This document shows, piece by piece, positions 53,197 to 58,194 of a stretch of 58,194 nucleotides of DNA (its first letter is position 1; each line of letters begins with the position of its first letter). The DNA is from a virus (taxonomy: Duplodnaviria > Caudoviricetes). Under the pieces are notes generated by a model, which was not told the DNA's origin, ran no database searches, and worked only from the letters and a program-made list of their open reading frames with translations. A program made the translations under genes and the position numbers. Location: positions 1 to 58,194 of the IMG/VR virus record IMGVR_UViG_3300009466_000003; one strand, written 5' to 3'.

Positions 53197-54245
53197 ATAT
53201 TGTCTTTGCCTACCACAACGGAGATGCTGATCTGGCTATGGAGTCCGCCAAGGCTATCACAGCTATGGGGCTGAACATGCGTCACAAGGCTTATGTCTGT
53301 ACCAGAACTGGTACTAAAGATTGTAACACCGTCATCCAAGAACTGAAGAAAAGCTTCCCTGAAGTTGACCAAATAACCGCACAAGATGGTTTCGACGGCT
53401 GGCCGCTTGGCCCAAATCAGATGTTCAGTGATGTGGCTGCTGCGATGTATTCAACCAAGGTTCCCTTCTACTTCTGGGAACCAGATTGTGTCCCGATGAA
53501 AGAGGGTTGGTTAGATGATCTCGACGCCGAATACCACCGAAAAGTCGGCATCATGGGCCATCTCTACGAAGGAGGCATGGCAACCAATGGCAAGAATATC
53601 TACAAGATGATTGTTGGTAGTGCGGTTTACCCTCCCAACTTCTTGGACTTTTGTCCTTCCGCGCAATCCTTATCAACCTACAACTTGGCCTATAAGAATG
53701 CAGGCACCATCCCCGAACCATGGGATGTTCGTTGTCGGTGGAACTTTATGAAGATCGGGCGGGACACCCCACTCATCCGCACTTATTGGAAAAGTGTGAA
53801 CTACCAGTGGAAAGACGGAAAGATCGTCTTCTACGCCGAAGACCCCGAAGCCCAAGCTGTCCAAGGGGTCACATGCCCAGACAGAATTATCTCCAGCCAA
53901 GCGGTGGTCATCCATGGGTGCAAAGATGGGTCGCTTCACAAGATGGCTCAAGAAGGATTCCCAATGCCGTCAGATTCGACGGGATTAGAAGGAGGGGGAC
54001 AAATTGCCACCCCCCTTGTGCAAAACGTCAACAATGAAGTACAAAGTCCTACAGTTTGTAACAAAGCGTCAGAAGTGGTGCAAATCGTCACAAAAGACGA
54101 GTTAAGGCCCAAATCCCGCAACAAATCGTCAGATAAGACGAAAAAGAAGCGAGTAATCTCCGAAGCGGAGCGCGAACGCCGCAGGCAATCAATGCTGGCA
54201 ATTTTGGCAAGAAAGCGTGAACGAAAAGCCCAAGCGGCTGTCTAA
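53193..54245 (+). CDS. GT-A glycosyltransferase-like protein with basic tail
   Basis: GPNQMF, FYFWEPDCVPMKEGWL (ExD), GSAVYP, PWD, VIHGCKD. Confidence 0.6.
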   Translation: MNIVFAYHNGDADLAMESAKAITAMGLNMRHKAYVCTRTGTKDCNTVIQELKKSFPEVDQITAQDGFDGWPLGPNQMFSDVAAAMYSTKVPFYFWEPDCVPMKEGWLDDLDAEYHRKVGIMGHLYEGGMATNGKNIYKMIVGSAVYPPNFLDFCPSAQSLSTYNLAYKNAGTIPEPWDVRCRWNFMKIGRDTPLIRTYWKSVNYQWKDGKIVFYAEDPEAQAVQGVTCPDRIISSQAVVIHGCKDGSLHKMAQEGFPMPSDSTGLEGGGQIATPLVQNVNNEVQSPTVCNKASEVVQIVTKDELRPKSRNKSSDKTKKKRVISEAERERRRQSMLAILARKRERKAQAAV

Positions 54246-54253
54246 CGCTTCCT

Positions 54254-55558
54254 ATGCACGAAGTCATCTACGAACCCTCGGCGGAAACCGCAATACTGTC
54301 CTGCCTCTGCCACGCGCCGACAGAGGACCAAAGGGAAATCTTACTTTCCATCAAGGAGGATCATTTCTACCTTCAGGAAAATAAAATTATCTTTCGGGCA
54401 ATCATGCGATGTATCGCCAAGGGGATGCAGGCCGATATCATCAATGTGAAGGCCGAAATCGAAGCGGCCAACGAATACGACATCATCGGGGGTGAACAAA
54501 AGATTGCAGAAGTTGCAACTTCATGTGTGGCCCACAACAATTGGAAACGCTACTACCCCAAGCTGGAAGAAGCCCGTTACAGAAGGTCATTGGAGTATCT
54601 GGCCAATGACATGGTTCACAAGGCCCGTGACCGCGAACTCAAGATTGACGAACTCAAGAACTGGTCGGAAACCACCGTAATGAAGGCCGACTATGAGATG
54701 GATGACGGGGACAAGCTATCCATCATTAGCGCCCTAGACCGCGCTGCCCAGAACATCGAATCCACCATTGCGGGTAAGCCCTGTGTCGGCATCAAGACGG
54801 GACTGGTTCCAGTAGATGATCTTTTAATCTTCGGCATGCGAGGAGGAGATATGGTAGTGGTCGCCGCCCGTCCAGCAGTTGGAAAGACCAGTAGCGCCAT
54901 GCAGATTGCAGAGCATGTGGCTCTCAACCAGCAAAAACGGGTATTGGTGTTTTCTCTTGAGATGACCAGTGTTGCTCTCATGGAGCGACTGATCCGCTCC
55001 CGTGCGCGTGTGCGAGCGGCTGACATTCTGGCTAGGACGGTGACCCCGCTACAAAAGAAAGCACTGGCAGATGCCACAATGGAAATCCAAGGCTCCAAGA
55101 TCTTGTGTGATGATAGTTCGGCCAAGTCCATCGGCTATCTCAAGGCAGTAGCTCGCCGCGCCCACCAGCGCGAACCACTCGACCTCATCATTATCGACTA
55201 CCTCCAGCTTGTCAGAGGGGACAGTCGGCGCGGAAAAGAAAACCGTGTGTGCGAGGTGGAAGAGATTAGCGGCGGCATAAAAGACCTAGCCAAGACGCTC
55301 AAGGTTCCTGTTCTGGTTCTGGCTCAACTCAATCGCGACCCCGACAAGCGCGGAGGACGCCCAAGTCTGGCCGACCTCAAGGGATCAAGCGCCATTGAGA
55401 TGGATGCCGATATTGTCATCATGCTCCACAGCGAAGAAGCCGCCGATCACGGGCAAAATCCCACCATGGAATTTATCGTAGCCAAGCATCGTGAAGGCCC
55501 GACAGGTGTGGCCAACATGGTCTTTAACAAGGCTATTACCCGATTTGAGGTGGCGTAG
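54254..55558 (+). CDS. dnaB: Replicative DNA helicase
   Basis: AARPAVGKT Walker A, FSLEM, IIIDYLQL, LAQLNR, DLKGSSAIEMDAD, AKHREGPTG. Confidence 0.95.
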   Translation: MHEVIYEPSAETAILSCLCHAPTEDQREILLSIKEDHFYLQENKIIFRAIMRCIAKGMQADIINVKAEIEAANEYDIIGGEQKIAEVATSCVAHNNWKRYYPKLEEARYRRSLEYLANDMVHKARDRELKIDELKNWSETTVMKADYEMDDGDKLSIISALDRAAQNIESTIAGKPCVGIKTGLVPVDDLLIFGMRGGDMVVVAARPAVGKTSSAMQIAEHVALNQQKRVLVFSLEMTSVALMERLIRSRARVRAADILARTVTPLQKKALADATMEIQGSKILCDDSSAKSIGYLKAVARRAHQREPLDLIIIDYLQLVRGDSRRGKENRVCEVEEISGGIKDLAKTLKVPVLVLAQLNRDPDKRGGRPSLADLKGSSAIEMDADIVIMLHSEEAADHGQNPTMEFIVAKHREGPTGVANMVFNKAITRFEVA

Positions 55559-56144
55559 CCTTCCAGCAAAAATCAGGAAAATCCAGATTCTCCCCGCCTT
55601 GCACTTCAACTGGTAGGTGGACGCTGACAGCATTGTAGCAACCACAGACGCCACAAGCCTTGAGTTGCATATCGTAAGAAGTTTTTCTAGCTCCTGCGAT
55701 ATGTGGCAGCATTCCTGCAATACCCTTGCACCCCCAACATCCAGAAGTGGCGATCTGATGAGGGCATGCCGCACAGATCTTGGCGCGGCGTTCGGCTTCT
55801 TCTTGGGGGACAAGCTCAAACTTGCCCTTGGTGGCAAATTGATACATGGCCCGAACCCAGCGGACAATCTCGGCAAACCCCAAAGTTTGCTTCTTGCTAG
55901 TGCAAGGAACACAGCCTTGATGGCCAGCCAATCGGTCACAAAGATTGTGTTCTATTTGTGACACAAGATCGGTGGGAGGGGTGATACCTTTGGATACCAA
56001 AAGCTTCTCGCAGTTTCCGACCATATCCCAAAAATCCCCGCCATAGACTTCCTCGTTGACAATCGGACATTTAACGATCCACCCTTTCGGCGGGACATCT
56101 GTCTTGCGCGGATAGCAAAATTTAGGAGCCTCACTCATTGACAA
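55536..56144 (-). CDS. Cys-rich hypothetical protein
   Basis: CAACP, CWGC, CGVCGC, CW. Confidence 0.65.
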   Translation of the reverse strand: MSMSEAPKFCYPRKTDVPPKGWIVKCPIVNEEVYGGDFWDMVGNCEKLLVSKGITPPTDLVSQIEHNLCDRLAGHQGCVPCTSKKQTLGFAEIVRWVRAMYQFATKGKFELVPQEEAERRAKICAACPHQIATSGCWGCKGIAGMLPHIAGARKTSYDMQLKACGVCGCYNAVSVHLPVEVQGGENLDFPDFCWKATPPQIG

Positions 56145-56901
56145 CTAGCTCCGCTTCGTAGGTTGAATCTTCGGGAATCTTCATGGATTCCAGCTTGGTG
56201 GCGATATTGATTTGGATGGCGTTTTGTTGATTGACGCCTTCGGAGAAGTTGATGGCAGCAGCTTCAGCCAGTTGCTTGATATTCCGCATCATTCCAAGAG
56301 CCTCCATGCCGTCGAGATCTTGCGCGGCATCAGCGGCCTTGACTAATACTTTACCAGTAAGAAACTTGATTGATTTTTTCATGGTCTCCAATGAAGCCGT
56401 AATTTCCGACATCAAAGTGGGAACCCCATCATCCTCCCAAGGGGCAGGAGATTGTTCGTTGACCAGTCGTTCTCGACATTGAATCCAACGCTGAGTATCG
56501 CGCCATAGACAGACCGTAGACTCACTAACTTTTAGTTCTTCGGCAATGTCCCGAATCGTCCTTCCCGAACAATACATGGAGAATCCCTTGATACACTCAA
56601 GCCTGCGCTTCTTGTCCATCTCTTCCATCTTGGCGGGAGGCGGAACTAAAGCTACGGGCTTTTCCACATCCCAAGGATAGAGGTTTTCTTTTTCGGGATT
56701 TGCCTGCCAGATCTTTGCATGGTCATCCCATTTCTCGCTATAGATAAGCTTCTCAAGTGTGGGTTTGTGCTTGGTGTCCAAGGCTTGCATGACTTCTGGC
56801 ATCTTTCGACCAGCGGCATACAATCGAAAGGCGTTTTGTTTTTTAAGTCGATTTTCGGGGCTGTCCCAATCCCGTTCTGCAACCTTGCGCTTTTTCTCCA
56901 T
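56131..56901 (-). CDS. Putative terminase small subunit with two gpP-like HTH units
   Basis: AFRLYAAG...W and GFSMYCSGRTIRDIAEELKVSESTVCLWRDTQRW; adjacent to TerL. Confidence 0.6.
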   Translation of the reverse strand: MEKKRKVAERDWDSPENRLKKQNAFRLYAAGRKMPEVMQALDTKHKPTLEKLIYSEKWDDHAKIWQANPEKENLYPWDVEKPVALVPPPAKMEEMDKKRRLECIKGFSMYCSGRTIRDIAEELKVSESTVCLWRDTQRWIQCRERLVNEQSPAPWEDDGVPTLMSEITASLETMKKSIKFLTGKVLVKAADAAQDLDGMEALGMMRNIKQLAEAAAINFSEGVNQQNAIQINIATKLESMKIPEDSTYEAELVVNE

Positions 56902-56929
56902 TGCGATTAGTGTAGTATAAATTTCATAA

Positions 56930-58194
56930 ATGGCAACAGTTGATCAAGGGATAGAGAAATACGGGAGGTTATGGCTACCCAAAGACGGACAGGCGATTAC
57001 GCCGATCCGTATTGAGATGGATGCATTCCTGCAAGGGCTGACGCCCGAAGAAGGAGGGCTCGGAAAAGCCCGCCATTACAGAAACATCGTTTCAGCTATC
57101 TGGCCCACATTCCAATGGCACAAGTGGGCGGAATTGGCTGCACAGGCATTTTGTTCCACGGTTCACGAAGTAGACGAAGTCACGGGCAACCGATTTATCC
57201 GAAGCGTGACAGGTCTGGCGGGCGGCACCGATTCTGGTAAGTCCTATGGCATGGCGGCGTTTGGGCTAGTCAACTGGTTCTGCGACCCAATCAATACGAT
57301 GTGTATTGTGGTGTCTACGAGCAAGATTGACGCCAAGCAGCGTATCTGGGCGGCACTGGTCAAGATGTATCGCGAAGCCCGAAATATGGGACTGGCCTCT
57401 GGCCGACTGATTGAATCCATGGATATCATCAAGCTCTCAGACGAAGAGGGAGCTATTATTGACCCCGAAACAGGGGTAAGCGATGCGTCTTCGATTATGC
57501 TTCTCGCGGCGGGTGACGAATACAAAGATGACGCCCAAAAGCGACTTCAAGGTAAAAAGAATCGTCGTATCGTGTTGATAATAGATGAGTTACAAGATTG
57601 TTCGCCCTCCGTGATATCCCAAGCTGTGTGGGGATTTAAGGGAGCGCAAGAACTCTACATCGTCGGCGCGGGAAACCCCGCCTCCATCTTCGATCCCCAT
57701 GGGAAGTTTTGCGAACCCATCAAGGGGTGGATGAGCGTTGACGAGGACACCCCGAACTGGAAGATACGGGTGGCTGGTATTGAAGGCGTATGCATCCGAT
57801 TTGACTCTGAAAAAGACAATCCAAACCAACAATCATTTGAGGCTGGCAAGGGACTCCGCTATCCATTCCTTCCCAAGCCCAACGATGTGGCGTTGGCCCG
57901 AAAAGAACTCGGAGAACTCAACCCGCAGTATTGGAGAAAGTTCAGAGGCTTTTGGCCTCCAGCAGATGCCGATGATTCTACGATTGTCTCAGACATCCTT
58001 CTAGCTCGCCATGGAGCCATGGACAAACCCATCTGGGACGGAACCCCGAAAGATATTGCAGGAATCGACCCAAGCTATACCGAAGGTGGTGACCGTTTTG
58101 TCTTCACTCACATGAAGTATGGGAAACTAATCAGTGGGAAATGGGCAATAGCGGTGGAGAAACAATATGTTCTCAACCGAAGGGCTGGGTCTCA
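56930..58194 (+). CDS. terL: Terminase large subunit, 3'-truncated (absent from ORF track)
   Basis: Manual translation MATVDQGIEKYG...: GGTDSGKS Walker A, VLIIDE Walker B, AGNP coupling motif, AGIDPS nuclease motif. Confidence 0.9.
   Translation, partial: MATVDQGIEKYGRLWLPKDGQAITPIRIEMDAFLQGLTPEEGGLGKARHYRNIVSAIWPTFQWHKWAELAAQAFCSTVHEVDEVTGNRFIRSVTGLAGGTDSGKSYGMAAFGLVNWFCDPINTMCIVVSTSKIDAKQRIWAALVKMYREARNMGLASGRLIESMDIIKLSDEEGAIIDPETGVSDASSIMLLAAGDEYKDDAQKRLQGKKNRRIVLIIDELQDCSPSVISQAVWGFKGAQELYIVGAGNPASIFDPHGKFCEPIKGWMSVDEDTPNWKIRVAGIEGVCIRFDSEKDNPNQQSFEAGKGLRYPFLPKPNDVALARKELGELNPQYWRKFRGFWPPADADDSTIVSDILLARHGAMDKPIWDGTPKDIAGIDPSYTEGGDRFVFTHMKYGKLISGKWAIAVEKQYVLNRRAGS

Noticed and set aside
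1-58194. tRNA genes, integrase, or stop-codon reassignment
   Set aside because: No cloverleaf with a T-loop consensus and no recombinase motifs found by eye; TAA, TAG and TGA all end genes and long ORFs are intact in the standard code

Overview
The window covers most of the genome of a tailed dsDNA bacteriophage (Caudoviricetes), probably podovirus-like. It starts inside a probable scaffold gene and ends inside the terminase large subunit, so the portal gene is presumably just outside the window. Modules: capsid and lysis genes (1-5.6 kb); nucleotide-metabolism genes; a reverse-strand tail-like module (7.8-11.9 kb); a recombination exonuclease and small basic proteins; putative ejection proteins ending in a 3647-aa polyvalent protein (19.2-30.2 kb); a six-gene glycosyl-/methyl-/sulfo-transferase cluster behind a DnaG primase; an early region of small genes (35.7-43.4 kb) with a histone-fold protein, HhH glycosylase, DUF932, ASCH and GP88; a probable genome-end/packaging spacer (43.5-44.2 kb); a dCMP deaminase, a RusA-like locus and HNH genes; a roughly 900-bp non-coding RNA locus (50.5-51.4 kb); a DnaB helicase; and head-to-head TerS/TerL. 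I saw no DNA polymerase, RNA polymerase, integrase, tRNA or CRISPR array. Promoters are sigma70-like, leaders are often very short and Shine-Dalgarno motifs are mostly absent, which tentatively suggests a PVC or Bacteroidota-type host (inference). The most unusual signals are: (1) a free-standing ~76-nt sRNA whose exposed segment is antisense to the AUG-AAA-ACA start shared by several early genes; (2) two tandem promoter-driven ncRNAs, the first complementary to the 5' end of a long structured second RNA; (3) RusA motifs split between two overlapping reading frames around an A-AAA-AAG slippery site; (4) a phage histone-fold protein. All family calls come from motif recognition by eye; no searches were run.
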